Of a DNA stretch of 64,000 nt, positions 23,491 through 48,630 are shown in pieces (positions within the stretch are counted from its first letter, which is position 1; the number at the start of each line of letters is the position of its first letter). Origin of the DNA: Lytechinus pictus (taxonomy: Eukaryota). The notes under the pieces are model-generated. The model was given only the letters and a program-made list of their open reading frames with translations. It had not been told where the DNA came from and searched no databases. The translations under genes were made by a program, and so were the position numbers. The stretch spans positions 11,906,001 through 11,970,000 of the forward strand of contig NC_087245.1 in assembly GCF_037042905.1 (NCBI RefSeq), read 5' to 3'.

Positions 23491-26400
23491 TCACACATAG
23501 TGAGTAAACACAATTTGAACAAAGGATACCCAAAATTCAGTTGTCGGGTGTATAGGTAATTTGTTTTTTGTATTTGTGATTAAGTTATCGACAATTCTCG
23601 GTTTCGTTTTTTTTCTAGGACGCACTGTAGTATTGAAATAAAGGGATTGTGATCTGTGAGCTCCGATCTGGCTCTAGATCTAACAAAACTGAATATAAGC
23701 TGTTTATCTATCAAGTAATATCTATCATATTTAACTAGATTCAATCATTTTTAGAAAATGGTTAGAACGAACCGTCTGAGCATCCCTTTTCATCAACGCC
23801 ATCCTTGCAGTCTGTCATTCCATCGCAGAGGGCGGACTTGATGATACACACACCATCACATGAGAACATTCCAAAACGTTCACATTCTTGCATTGTGCGA
23901 TCTAAAGAGGAAAAGCCCAATTTAAAACAGGCGAAATGTTTTCAGAAGTATAGAAATATAAAAACACACAAAGCGAACAAAAATAAAATCATGATCCCAC
24001 TTCAGACATCGACTCGCTGTTAGATGAAACTAGGAAAAAATGGAAACCACACAAAATGACCTCGAACAAAAATATCTTTTTCTTCTAAAATAACTGACTT
24101 ATTGACTTTAGAGCATTGTAACAAGGTTATATTTAGTTTTGTTAAAGGTATTTGAACAACCTCGCTAAATTAGATTCGAAATGTAAGAAATCAAGTAATG
24201 ATGTAATGAACACAAATTTTTCCACAAATATTCGAAATTTGCAGACCGATATAAATCTTTTGATATCCACACCTATAAAATAGTGGTGTATTCTAACCAT
24301 ATTTTCAATGTTAGAAAGGACAAGAGATCTTGCTTCAGTTGCTATTGATGGCAACTGATAATCAAAAGGAAGTTCAAAGCCAGGTTCTCGGAAAGGGGAC
24401 CCTTTTCGAATTGAGTGCGAGAATTACTGAATATGGTTAAACGTCGATCTTACCGCATGTTTTATATTCATCTGATCCGTCCTTGCAATTTTTATATCCG
24501 TTGCAGAATAAATCGTCCGTAATACATTGGAGTCCATCAGCACATTTACTTGAGCCAAGAGGACATGGATGATTGCAACTATAAAGTGATTTAATAATGT
24601 GAAATCCATTATCATATAATTCTTAATATTATCCTTATTTGTATATGTTCTACAAATATGACAAATGACTTTTTCTGCTTCTTTAGATACAAAGACTAGT
24701 AAAAATGAGCCCACGCAAACTTCAGATACAATTCAATAATCAATGTTTTAAAGCAGATATATGATAACAAGATGTTAAAGTATTAGCTGCATTATATTCT
24801 TCAAGTTTTTTTTTCTTTGAAAATTGTTTATAATTATATTGGACTTTCATAATATGATTGTGCTTGAATACTTCATCCTATGTTTTTTTTCTGGGGGGGG
24901 GGGCAAAATGTTGGTGTGCATTGTCGTTTGCTGTATGGAATCATGGACTTTTACTGTCGAGATTGAAGAAATAATTAATTTGCATGTGAAACAAAAATGG
25001 CCCCAGGAAAATCTGCAGTATATTTAAAGAAGAGATTGGAATAAATAACCGAGCAATGCTAACCGTTCCGATGTTTCATCATAGTTGTCATCACAGTCCT
25101 GAACTCCATCGCAAAAATCCTCAATTAGCAACCGTTTCTCCCCACCATCAAGTCCTATACAGGACACTGATAAACAATAAAAAAAGAAGATATGATTATG
25201 TTTTTCTATTTTAAAAATCATGTTACGTGCGGACATGAAAGATATCAAAACGGGTGGAATAGAAAGTAAATTATGAAATTAAGAAATTAAAATGGGATAA
25301 TAGGGAAAACATTTCGTGTGCAAGCAAAAGATACGGGGATTTTGATGAAATTCAGTGGTGGGGTTTGTAAATAGGGACGTCATAAAGAGACTGGGAAATA
25401 ATATGGAAATTGATAAGAGAAAATAGGGCAAAAGGGTGTGGGAGGGAGGGAGATCGGTAGAGTGAGACAAAGATAGAGGATGGGATGCAGAGAAAGGAAA
25501 ATATGGAGGAAGGGAAAGATGGAAGGAATAAGGGAGAGGGAAGATGTAAGAGACAGACTAAAAGTGAAATAAAGGAAACGAATAACAAACAAAAAGCTTT
25601 TTTATTTATCTCGGTGGCAAAAATGATAGCATATTACTGAAACAAAAAGAAATGAAAATATTAACATACTGCAGTTTTTCTCATCAGCGCCATTGTAACA
25701 ATGGAAAACACCATCGCACCAATCCTTGTTATCGATACACTGAGGTGACTTGTTGCACTTTGTGAATCCAGGTGGGCACTCACGATCCAGCTCTGAAGAA
25801 TTAAGAAATAATGATCAGATTTTCATTATCCTGGACACCATAATCCTATTAGAACTGCCGTCATCATCATCATCTTCAACCTCCTATTAGCCACACCATC
25901 GCCATCCTCGTCACCCCCCCCCCCCCCCACGATCATACCATTCACCTACTCATTATCTTATTGTTACTACATCATCATCATCCCCGTCGTCACCTTCCTA
26001 TTATCACACAATAATAATCCTCGTCACCCTCCTATTACCACACCACCATCCTCATCGTCACCCTCCTATTAACACATCATCATCCTCCTCGTCACCCTCC
26101 TATTAACACATCATCATCCTCGTCGTCTCCCTCCTATTACCACACCATCATCCTCGTCGTCATCCTCCTATTAACACACCATCATCCTCGTCGTCACCCT
26201 CCTATTACCACACCATCATCCTCCTCGTCACCCTCCTATTACCACATCATCATCCTCGTCGTCACCTTTATTACCACACCATCATCCTCCTCGTCACCCT
26301 CCTATTAACACATCATCATCCTCCTCGTAACCCTCCTATTACCACATCACCATCCTTATCGTCTCCCTCCTATTACCACACCACCATCCTCATCGTCACC

Positions 26401-29348
26401 CTCCTATTACCACACCATCATCCTCCTCGTCACCCTCCTATTACCACACCATCATCCTCCTCGTCACCCTCCTATTACCACACCATCATTCTCCTCGTCA
26501 CCCTCCTATTACCACACCATCATCCTCCTCGTCACCCTCCTATTACCACATCACCATCCTCATCATCACCCTCCTATTACCACACCACCATCCTCATCAT
26601 CACCCACCTATTACCACATCATCATCCTCGTCGTCGTCCTCCTATTATCAAACCTTCATCCTCATCGTCACCCTCCTATTACCACACCATCATCCTCCTC
26701 GTCAACCTCTTATTAAAAAACCATCATCCTCATCGTCACCCTCCCATAACCACACCACCATCCTCATCGTCACCTTCCTATTACCACACCATCGTCCTCG
26801 TCGTCACCTTTATTACCACACCATCATCCTCCTCGTCACCCTCCTATTATCAAACCTTCATCCTCATCGTCACCCTCCTATAACCACACCACCGTCCTCA
26901 TCGTCACCCTCCTATTACCACACCATCATCCTCGTCGTCACCCTCCTATTACCACATAATCATCCTCATCGTCACCCCCCTATTACCACACCATCATCCT
27001 CATCGTCACCCCCTATTACCACACCATCATCCTCGTCGTCACCCTTCTATTACCACACCATCATCCTCATCGTCACCCTCCCATAACCACACCACCATCC
27101 ACATCGTCACCCCCCCCCCCTATTCCCACACCATCATCCTCATCGTCACCCCCCTATTACCACACCATCATCTTCGTCGTCACCCTCCTATTACCACACC
27201 ATTATCCTCCTCATCACCATCCTATTACCACACCACCATCCTCGTCATCACCCTTCTATTACCACATTATCATCCTCGTCGTCACCCTCATATTACCACA
27301 CCACCATCTTCATCGTCACCCTCCTATAACCACACCACCATCCTCATCGTCACCCTCCTATTACCACACCACCATCCTCATCGTCACCCTCCTATTTCCA
27401 CATCATCATTTTCGTCGTCCCTCCTATTATCAAACCTTCATCCTCATCGTCACCCTCCTATAACCACACCACCATCCTCATCGTCACCCTCTTATTACCA
27501 CACCATCGTCCTTGTCGTCACCCTCCTATTGCCACATTATCATCCTCGTCGTCGCCCTCATATTATCAAACCTTCATCCTCATCGTCACCCTCCTATAAC
27601 CACACCACCATCCCCATCGTCACCCTCCTATTACCACAACATCGTCCTCGTCGTCACCCTTCTATTACCACATTATCATCCTCGTCGTCGCCCTCCTATT
27701 ATCAAACCTTCATCCTCACCGTCACCCTCCTATAACCACACCACCATCCTCATCGTCACCCTCCTATTACCACACCATCGTCCTCATCGTCACCCTTCTA
27801 TTACCACACCATCATCCTCATCATCACCCTCCTATTACCACACCATCATCCTCATCATCACCCTCCTATTACCACATAATCATCCTCATCGTCACCCCCC
27901 TATTACCACACCATCATCCTCATCATCACCCTCCTATTACCACATAATCATCCTCATCGTCACCCCCCTATTACCACACCATTATCCTCCTCGTCACCCT
28001 CCTATTACCACACCATCATCCTCATCGTCACCCCCCCCCCCCTATTACCACACCATTATCCTCCTCGTCACCCTCCTATTACCACACCACCATCATCATC
28101 GTCACCCCCTATTACCACACCATCATCCTCATCGTCACCCCCTATTACCACACCATCATCCTCGTCGTCACCCTCCTATTACCACATAATCATCCTCATC
28201 GTCACCCCCCTATTACCACACCATCATCCTCATCGTCACCCCCCTATTACCACACCATCATCCTCGTCGTCACCCTCCTCTTACCACATAATCATCCTCA
28301 TCGTCACCCCCCTATTACCACACCATTATCCTCCTCGTCACCCTCCTATTACCACACCATCATCCTCATCGTCACCCCCCTATTACCACACCATTATCCT
28401 CCTCGTCACCCTCCTATTACCACACCACCATCTTCATCGTCACCCCCCTATTACCACACCATCATCCTCATCGTCACCCCCTATTACCACACCATCATCC
28501 TCATCGTCACCCCCTATTACCACACCATCATCCCCGTCGTCACCCTCCTATTACCACATAATCATCCTCATCGTCACCCCCCCTATTACCACACCATCAT
28601 TTTCATCATCACCCTCCTATTACCACACCATTATCCTCCTCGTCACCCTCCTATTACCACACCACCATCCTCGTCATCACCCTTCTATTACCACATTATC
28701 ATCCTCGTCGTCACCCTCATATTACCACACCACCATCTTCATCATCACCCTCCTATAACCACACCACCATCCTCATCGTCACCCTCCTATAACCACATAA
28801 TCATCCTCATCGTCACCCCCTATTACCACACCATCATCCTCATCGTCACCCCCCTATTACCACACCATCATCCTCGTCGTCACCCTCCTATTACCACATA
28901 ATCATCCTCATCGTCACCCCCTATTACCACACCATCATCCTCATCGTCACCCTCCTATTACCACACCATTATCCTCCTCGTCACCCTCCTATTACCACAT
29001 TATCATCCTCGTCGTCGCCCTCCTATTATCAAACCTTCATCCTCATCGTCACCCTCCTATAACCACACCACCATCCCCATCGTCACCCTCCTATTACCAC
29101 AACATCGTCCTCGTCGTCACCCTTCTATTACCACATTATCATCCTCGTCGTCGCCCTCCTATTATCAAACCTTCATCCTCATCGTTACCCTCCTATAACC
29201 ACACCACCATCCTCTTCGTCACCCTCCTATTACCAGACCACCATCCTCGTCGTCATCACCAGTAAATACCACGATAGAAAATCTGGTTATCGGGTAATAG
29301 GATAATATTATGACATCCTCCTATGCGGAAATATATATATATATGTAG

Positions 29349-29381
<33 letters not shown>

Positions 29382-32300
29382 AGCTCGTTTGCAATGGCAG
29401 TAATAGTAATCGATTAAAACGTTGCAGGTCTAGATAATTGTATTTTAAACGTTAGTTGTTGGGATAATGATGGTGATAATAATGACATGTATTAGCAGCT
29501 TTGGCTACCCATTTCTCCTTTTTAGTGGATAACGTTGTATGTGATATTGATCATTATACATGTATTGAGCATATGAGGGCAAAATGACGCAACTGGACAG
29601 ATCTCTGGTCTGTTGATACTTACGGCAGATACCAGAATTTTCATCTGATCCGTCAGCACAGTCCAACATAAGATCACACACAGTATCTTGAAGAACACAC
29701 TGCCTCCCGTCTGCACATGCAAAACGGCCCTCGCCACAGTCCAAACCTATAAAAAGAACAAATTAAGAACAAAAAAATCACAAGAATTATGATCCTGAAT
29801 AAGTAGGACACCTGGACTCTGCCTTACAAAAAGTTGTTATCATATCACCTATGGAAAATCATCAATGTCAAATTCCGATAAATGAAATTCAACGTACCTT
29901 TAGAAACAGGGGCCTATTAATTGGTTGATAGTCCAGGGTTAAGAAAACGTTATTCTTCCTGCCTGATAAGAAGTATCAATGTGGGTCGTTAACAATCAGA
30001 TGACCAATTGCAGTCTGTCTTTTCGGGACAGAATCAAAATAATGTGTTTTTATGATACCTGGTTGTGTAGTGGTGATCTCTAAATCAGGGCCAAAGTCTA
30101 TTGCCTCATCTGAACTTAAAATGGTTGGGTAAGGGCTGCTGAACACAAATGTGGGTGCTGTAAAAACAAAAAGTAAAAAAATAATGAAAAAAATTAACAT
30201 TTCTTAAATTCCCAATGTAATAAAAAAAAAAACCACTTTATTACAAATTACACAATCATAATGTCATTTCGTAAATAAAGTATAATAAGACACAACTGAG
30301 GTATAAAGCATAGGGGGTTTGAAGGGGAAATAGCCGATCTTGTGAATAAATATCAGTTTATGGTTATCTAATCCCAAACTACACTCGCCATCATCCGTTT
30401 GACTAACACAAGTATTTCTAAGAAAGATGCAGATAGATAACTTTTACATGTATTGCTTTAGACAGAGTTTGTTGAATAACTAGTCTGCGAAGGCTTAGTC
30501 GACTAATAGCCTTCTCGGAGAAATTGTAAACTTCTGTGTTAATGACCTAATAATGTGGAACGACCTACATTATGCAGAGCTTTGACCTTAAGGAAAATTC
30601 GCTATTTTAAATATTTTCTGTACTTTAAGTTGGACTGGACTCTGATTTTGTAGGATTTTTTACACTTACCATCGTCATCTGCCGTTTCATCTGTAGCAGC
30701 TTCCAAATCCCATAGTTCCTCTTCTAATTCTTCGTCATCGGGAAAAACCGTTCGCGTCATTTCAGTTTCAACGTCAACTTCATCAGCCACATCGTCGATG
30801 AACTCGGTAGCTGTTTGAATATCAGTGATGATCTCTGTGACAATGGTTGTACTTTCAGGCTCCTGTATGTTTAGAATTGCAGTCTGATCTTCTGAAAGGA
30901 TTTCTTGATTTGCACTCGTGGATGTCGGTTGCATATCATCATTGGAGGTAACAAACGATGAAGCTAGAGAGGGCTCTACGTCATCGACAATGGCCTCATT
31001 GGGAATAACGTCATAGACAACTTCTGTAACCAGATCAGTGATGGTTTCATAGTCATCATACCCCTGTGCGACTGTACCCTCGGCGACAGGTTCTGTTTCC
31101 AACACCAACTCTGTGACGACTTGAGAAACAACCTCTTCTACAATTTCAAGATCCATCAGGTCATTGACCAGATCATCATCTGCAGTTTTTGAAGTACTGC
31201 CCTCATTGATCGTTATATCATCAGTGGACCCTGTAGTTATGGCCATGCTGGGTGTGACCGTTTTGTTTGAATCCCCCAAATTCGTATCGATCAAGTCATT
31301 AACTGGTTCATCTGAATCATTTGCAACATCTGTAGTAGAGCCATCGTTGGTGCCACTCATGTTTTTAAGCTCATCTTCCAAATTCACTTCGTCAATCAGC
31401 TGATCTCCCAAATTGACTTCATCGAGGAGTTCGTCACCAAGATCATCGACATATTTGAACTGGTTTATAGCATCAACAACATCCTTGTCGACTCCGTCAA
31501 ATGAGACAGCCTTATTTGTTTGGATGTCACCACCGAGGTCCATCAGGTCTTCGATCAGATCATCAACGTCATTTTCCGAATCGATCTGAACCCTTCCAAA
31601 AGGATCTTCCATCGCCTTAAGCTGGTCGACGAATTCATCTATAACGAGGAAATAACTTTTTTAAATCAATTTTAGGAAAGCCTCAATTCACACCTAAATT
31701 AATTCGTATATTGCCTTTATTAAGTGTCTGTATATCGTCTTGTAATTTTTTTCTAAGAGCTGATAATTTAAAACAATCATTGTGAAAATATAAAACAAAT
31801 ACTAAGATAAAATTTAAAACACTATCATGAAAACGTTCTTTGAGTTTTTGGAGCCTTGATATATTGTAAAATCAATCAGTAATAATCCAAATGTCCATCC
31901 TAGGAATAATATAGAATTGGGAGATATACTAAGACTAAACATCCTCAATCAGTCATCCATAGCCAATTTTGCGTATCGTCATGTTTTCCATATAATAATT
32001 GAACTGAATGGCAATTATAACAAACGGTAGTAAAATTAAATGTTATATTCTGTAGGCCATTTGGTTTTTGACAAAAAGATTCTTCATAAGATCATAATCC
32101 CGAGAGCCACAAAATCCTTAATGGCGAAAATTGAGTATTTTGTATGTTCGTTGGAAAATATAAACCTGTATAACTGAAGAGCAATATGTCATGATGAAAA
32201 AGATTAATTTTATGGGAAAGCCTTTACAAACTCTGGCCAAGAAGAATGTTATCCTCAAAATGATAGTTGATTTAGCGCCTTTTGATAACTTAAGATTTTA

Positions 32301-32410
32301 ATAAGTCGTTATAATATCTTACCTTTGTCCTGAAGGAGGGGCGTGGTAAGTGTTGGCACGGCAACCAACTGAAGGATACCAATGACTACAAGACCTTGCA
32401 GAATAGCCAT
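23491..32410 (-). CDS. Secreted acidic protein with five LDL-receptor class A (LDLa) repeats, ~630 aa
   Basis: Phase-compatible GT-AG exons: 32410-32323 (MAILQGLVVIGILQLVAVPTLTTPLLQDK, signal peptide); 31638-30670 (D/E/T-rich); 30157-30059; 29746-29624 (CGEGRFACADGRQCVLQDTVCDLMLDCADGSDENSGIC); 25792-25670 (CPPGFTKCNKSPQCIDNKDWCDGVFHCYNGADEKNC); 25166-25064 (SCIG...FCDGVQDCDDNYDETSER); 24578-24454 (CNHPCPLGSSKCADGLQCITDDLFCNGYKNCKDGSDEYKTC); 23901-23773 (CERFGMFSCDGVCIIKSALCDGMTDCKDGVDEKGC); tentative last exon 23624-23491. The last exon is less certain. Confidence 0.88.
25850..29262. repeat. 34-bp minisatellite, ~100 copies, intronic
   Basis: Consensus CCCTCCTATTACCACACCATCATCCTC(A/C/G)TCGTCA tandemly repeated between LDLa exons 4 and 5. 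Confidence 0.97.
29330..29378. repeat. (TA)n microsatellite
   Basis: Interrupted TA dinucleotide run. Confidence 0.9.
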
Positions 32411-32462
32411 CACTGACACTCTTGGAAAGGGTAATAGAAAGGACTTGAGCAACACGTATGGT

Positions 32463-32591
32463 AAGCCGTTTTAACATTTAATCCTATTTCTTGATATCAA
32501 TAATTAATTTCTTGATATCAATAATTCATTTCTTGATATCAATAAATGAATTCTTGATATCAATAAATAGGATTAAATGTTAAAACGGCTT
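32463..32591. mobile_element. Palindromic MITE with four internal 21-bp TTCTTGATATCAATAA repeats
   Basis: AAGCCGTTTTAACATTTAATCCTATTT / AAATAGGATTAAATGTTAAAACGGCTT perfect 27-bp inverted repeat enclosing 4 tandem units. Confidence 0.85.
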
Positions 32592-35500
32592 GAAATAATC
32601 ACGCGAGATTCTATATATTAATGTGTCAAATCTTTCAAAAATATTTTCTATAATTCTCGTCTTTGGGTATACATTGAGTGCATGTGATATTCGAAAACTA
32701 AGAAAGTGTATGGATGATTCAGAAAAGCAATAAAGCTCGATAAATACCGGTTATGCGTGATATGAAACAATTACAAGAAACCAGAGGGAAAATCAAATTC
32801 GATTATCTTTTTCGGAATAAAAGGTTCTGGTTGAAGGAGAGAACCCCATTTTAAAAAGGATAGATGATAAAACTCATATATCACTAGTTCAATACATTTT
32901 CTGAAGTCTAAAATCAGTTATCAGCCTTGGCAATAACTTAGAGACTAATCCTCACATTGGCATTTTATATTTTAATGACGGTTTTTTTTAATTTTGTTAT
33001 TAAGAGTCTATTTCGTGTTTTATTTGATTGAATATTAAGAACCATTTACCCGAAATATTATGTTAGGAGGGTGATAGATTTTGTACCAATATCACTCTTT
33101 ATTCATGATCAGGAGAATTTGTTAGAAAGGACATAATATAGATCAACCTTATGATGATTGCAGCCTTTCGTACGGATGATAAAGCGAAGTATATGCAGTG
33201 CGAAAAGTGCACTATCCCTTGCAAGTTGAAAATTGTTGAATCAATGCGAGAAGTTGATTTATCTTTAGTAATCATTATCATATATAAGAAAATGAATTTG
33301 GTTTCTAACAGTAAATGGTCAGTGTGGTCACTGTGGTGTTGTTCTTATTGTGAGATAAAAATGTCGTATCAATCAATAACACACCAAAAACATCTTATCC
33401 ATGGCCCTTTGAAAATTCCTGTGGAGAAGTTAATCGATGTGAATATTGATTTTGGAGCGGACTCGTTTTTAGAAATAGATTAGACGATGTCGCAGACAGT
33501 TTTACGTTGTTTTAGTTTTCACTGTTTTTTTTATAAACACCTTGTCTTTTACTCTTATTTATGATAATTTATGACGGAAAGAATATCGAATTTTCTGATC
33601 TCCCCCGTGCCTTCATGTACATCTTATAATAAGATTCTTATTTCTTGCCATTTCTTTTTAATTCCTCTTTTAAAGATAGTATACATCCCTCGCTATTATC
33701 ATTATTGCAAAAAATAACCACTATGTGTATAAAATATAACGTTAAATTTGATATGATATTTTGATGAAGCAACTTCATATACAAATTTGTTTTTCCATGA
33801 TTAATATTGCTTAAAGGTTTCAACCGGGTTTTAATAAAGATAAACCAACCAACCAAATTTAAAAACGGTAACACTGCAACAGATTATACCATAAATATCA
33901 CCCCCCCCCCGAAAACAGGAAAAACACAATATAATAATATGATATTGGAATATCATACAATGATGGTATTAAATCCTTATCATTGGAAGTAAAACATGCT
34001 TACTTGTATATTTACTTAATATATTATAAGATGGTAAAGATTGATTGGCAATATTAGTTGCTTAACTCAATATGCACTTTTATTTCTTGAATTGACCTCA
34101 AAGTAGTTCCAGCTTATTATTACTTACCAAGTAATGTTATTCCAAATAATCAAATTCTGTCTCTCACGGACTGTCTTGCAATACACATCACCTGGGAAAA
34201 CTCATCTTGGTATTAACATTAAAACTTTAAAGAGTCTTTCAGTAAGAGGAGGGGTAATACCGCACCCTCCACCGCAATACGAACTATCAAAATGGAGAGC
34301 TCAACATGGACAAAGGGGGCAACGTTTACGTCAGATGTGCAACAAGGGGTGCTGCCTTTACCCTTCTTGGTGTTCTTCTATTGTGTGTGTGTCTTAAGGA
34401 AATAGACCAATACTGACATGAGTGATGGTTATACTTAAAACTAAATATAGACACATATCGATAAATTAATTTATTGTACATATGTTTAGAAAAAAAAGTT
34501 TTATTGAATATATACGAAAGATGAATGAAAACTCCCCTTCGTAAATACTTTTGTTCTTGTTTCAATCCGACTTCAATAACCATACCTAAATGGTATAACC
34601 CCCGCCTTTATCTTAATTTCACTTATCTTTGTTTTATTTGTATCATGTTTACTTGATATGTATCGTGTAATCTTTGTGTGTATCATAAGAGGTTCTAAAT
34701 TATATTGTGCTAACAAACTGAATTTTCATTTGTACCTGATTGCATTATGGATAATAAAAATTTATCCATGGTAGCTCCGTATAAGGAGGGACATGATTTG
34801 CAATCAGTGGCGGTGGCGGGCACCGTATTCTTTTTACATGGTAGATAAAGGGGAAACCAAGACGGTAATCGTTAATATTGAAGACCGAACTTGTTATGTG
34901 AATCAATTCATTTCATTGATTAACTAAGTTCTTTCAAAAGAGAAAGAAGTGTGGAATGAATAAAGTGTGAGGGCGGTCGATGTGGTTGTTAGCGCTGTTT
35001 ATATTCTTATCTTAGGCCTATATGCTTGTCGACAAGAGCATTGATGGCTTAAAATGAAAAATTATAGTTCATTACTAGGGGAGATGGTGTTCTTTCGGGA
35101 GTGCAAGAATAGCTACCCCCCTACACACACACCCCCACACACACGCACATACAGCCGCCCACACACACACACCAAAATAAAATGGAATATAAAATAGTTC
35201 ATGAATCATATTTCTGCAAAAAAAAATAACGAACATTATCTCAAATCAATTTTATTCATGTCGAAAGAGGCATCTATATATATTTCCGTTTAATCATAAG
35301 GGTAATTTCACGGCCAAGCTACACTTAGCTCTGTCGTGTCTGTATATTATATTTTACCATAAAAATACAGTGACAAATATCAATCCTTATTGATCTCAGT
35401 TTTCAACAAAATGTTGATGTGGTTTCATTTTGAATGACTTTTTTTTTTGATGCTCAGTTCATTAGTCATTTGAAATCAATAAATCGGTCTAAAATTTGAC

Positions 35501-36640
35501 ATGTTTTTAAAACAAAGTGATATATTAGACTTTTTCTTTGGTGGCCATGAATAATATGAATATACTGATAATGATAAATTTCTAAAAGTCGCGAACAGAT
35601 AAATAATTTTACATTTTTATATGGAAAGCTGATTGCATGGAAGATTTTAACAATATATATTTAGAAAAGAATATTAAATTTAACCCATTCCCTTCTCTCT
35701 CTCTTTCTTGGTCGTGAAACTTTGGGGGCCCATACCCCCTAAGCCCATACGCAGGTCTATAACACCTAAATGGAATTAAAAGGGTAACATAATTATAAAA
35801 GCCGAAAAAAATCTGAAGAATGGTTCGCATATAAAGGAGTAAACAATAGGAGGAAAACAATAAAAATGTTACTAATATATATCCAGTAGTTTAAGATGAC
35901 AGAAGAATAAGATATTATTATTTATAGCCGGTGTACAAACAACACAAAGAACACCAAAACTTATTTTCCTTATTATATTTTATTTGTATTTTATTTGTAT
36001 TTCATTCATATCATAGTCAAAATTACATCGATCCAGAATAACCGTTGTTCACGGTCAGTTGAACTCTGGATTTAACTTATCCTCAAGATTTATTTCTAAA
36101 TCTTTAAGTTTTTAAGTTGAATTCAGTGTCCTTCTGGTCACTATTCACGGCTGATATGGATTTATTTTCAGTTTATTGAAATTTAAGATGAAATGACAGA
36201 CTGATACACCAGTATCAGTTCATTCAAAATATATTATTTTTCATCAAAACATGCCATAGTCTTAGAAAGAGAGATCTGATGAAAAATCTCGAAATTTTTA
36301 CTTCGCCATTTATGTATCACAGTGTCAAAGTAAATTTGTATAATGTGTTCCAAACTTTACATTTACTTATAAAAATGATTGAAATTTGTGCAATTAGAGG
36401 GCAAATTCGGATAAAACACAATATTGTAATATGAAGGATTGACTACAAATCTGGATCTCTCAGTACGATTGTATTAAATAAAGGAAGGCACAGCTCTGAA
36501 AATACATTATCACACATACATCATTATATTTTTTGTTCACTATCATTAACATCTGTTTGGTTTTGAGTCGAATGGATGCATCATGATGGTTTAAATGCCA
36601 AGATGAAGCATGGGTAACATTGTGTAAACATGTATCGATT

Positions 36641-48313
<11,673 letters not shown>

Positions 48314-48404
48314 GTCTGTAACGATAAATGTGTAGATATTTTTTCATAGCATTTATACCAAGTTTTAATTAGTTCTTTTGAAATGGAGACATAATTATAA
48401 TAAC

Positions 48405-48630
48405 GTTTTATTTACCCAGGGTAGCCACTTCAGTTAGGAAACTGCTCTTCCAGCGGGCCCTGCTTAACATAATATGTTATTATTACCCTTTTCCAATCTA
48501 AATGCTGAGCGCCTAGCAAGAAGGCAGAAGGTTCCATTTTTATAAGTCTTTGGAATGACTCGGCCAGGGATCGAACCCACGACCTCCCTTTCATGAGGCG
48601 GACGCTCTACCACTGAGCCACCATGCCCGG
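48405..48630 (-). mobile_element. tRNA-derived SINE (near full length)
   Basis: Minus strand: CCGGGCATGGTGGCTCAGTGGTAGAGCGTCCGCCTCATGAAAGGGAGGTCGTGGGTTCGATCCCTGGCCGAG (A and B boxes) ... GGCTACCCTGGGTAAATAAA. A related 3' tail occurs on + at ~21245-21330. Confidence 0.88.

Noticed and set aside
24424..24714. 96-aa minus-strand ORF from the track
   Set aside because: Wrong frame; the real LDLa exon (24578-24454) lies in a different frame within it.
27512..28189. 225-aa His/Pro/Ser-rich ORF
   Set aside because: Translation of the 34-bp minisatellite (unit length not a multiple of 3), antisense to the host gene; the minus-strand frames are full of stops.
48555..48630. tRNA gene
   Set aside because: A and B boxes are present, but there is no proper acceptor stem or terminator, and the sequence continues into a SINE body shared with 44209-44423.
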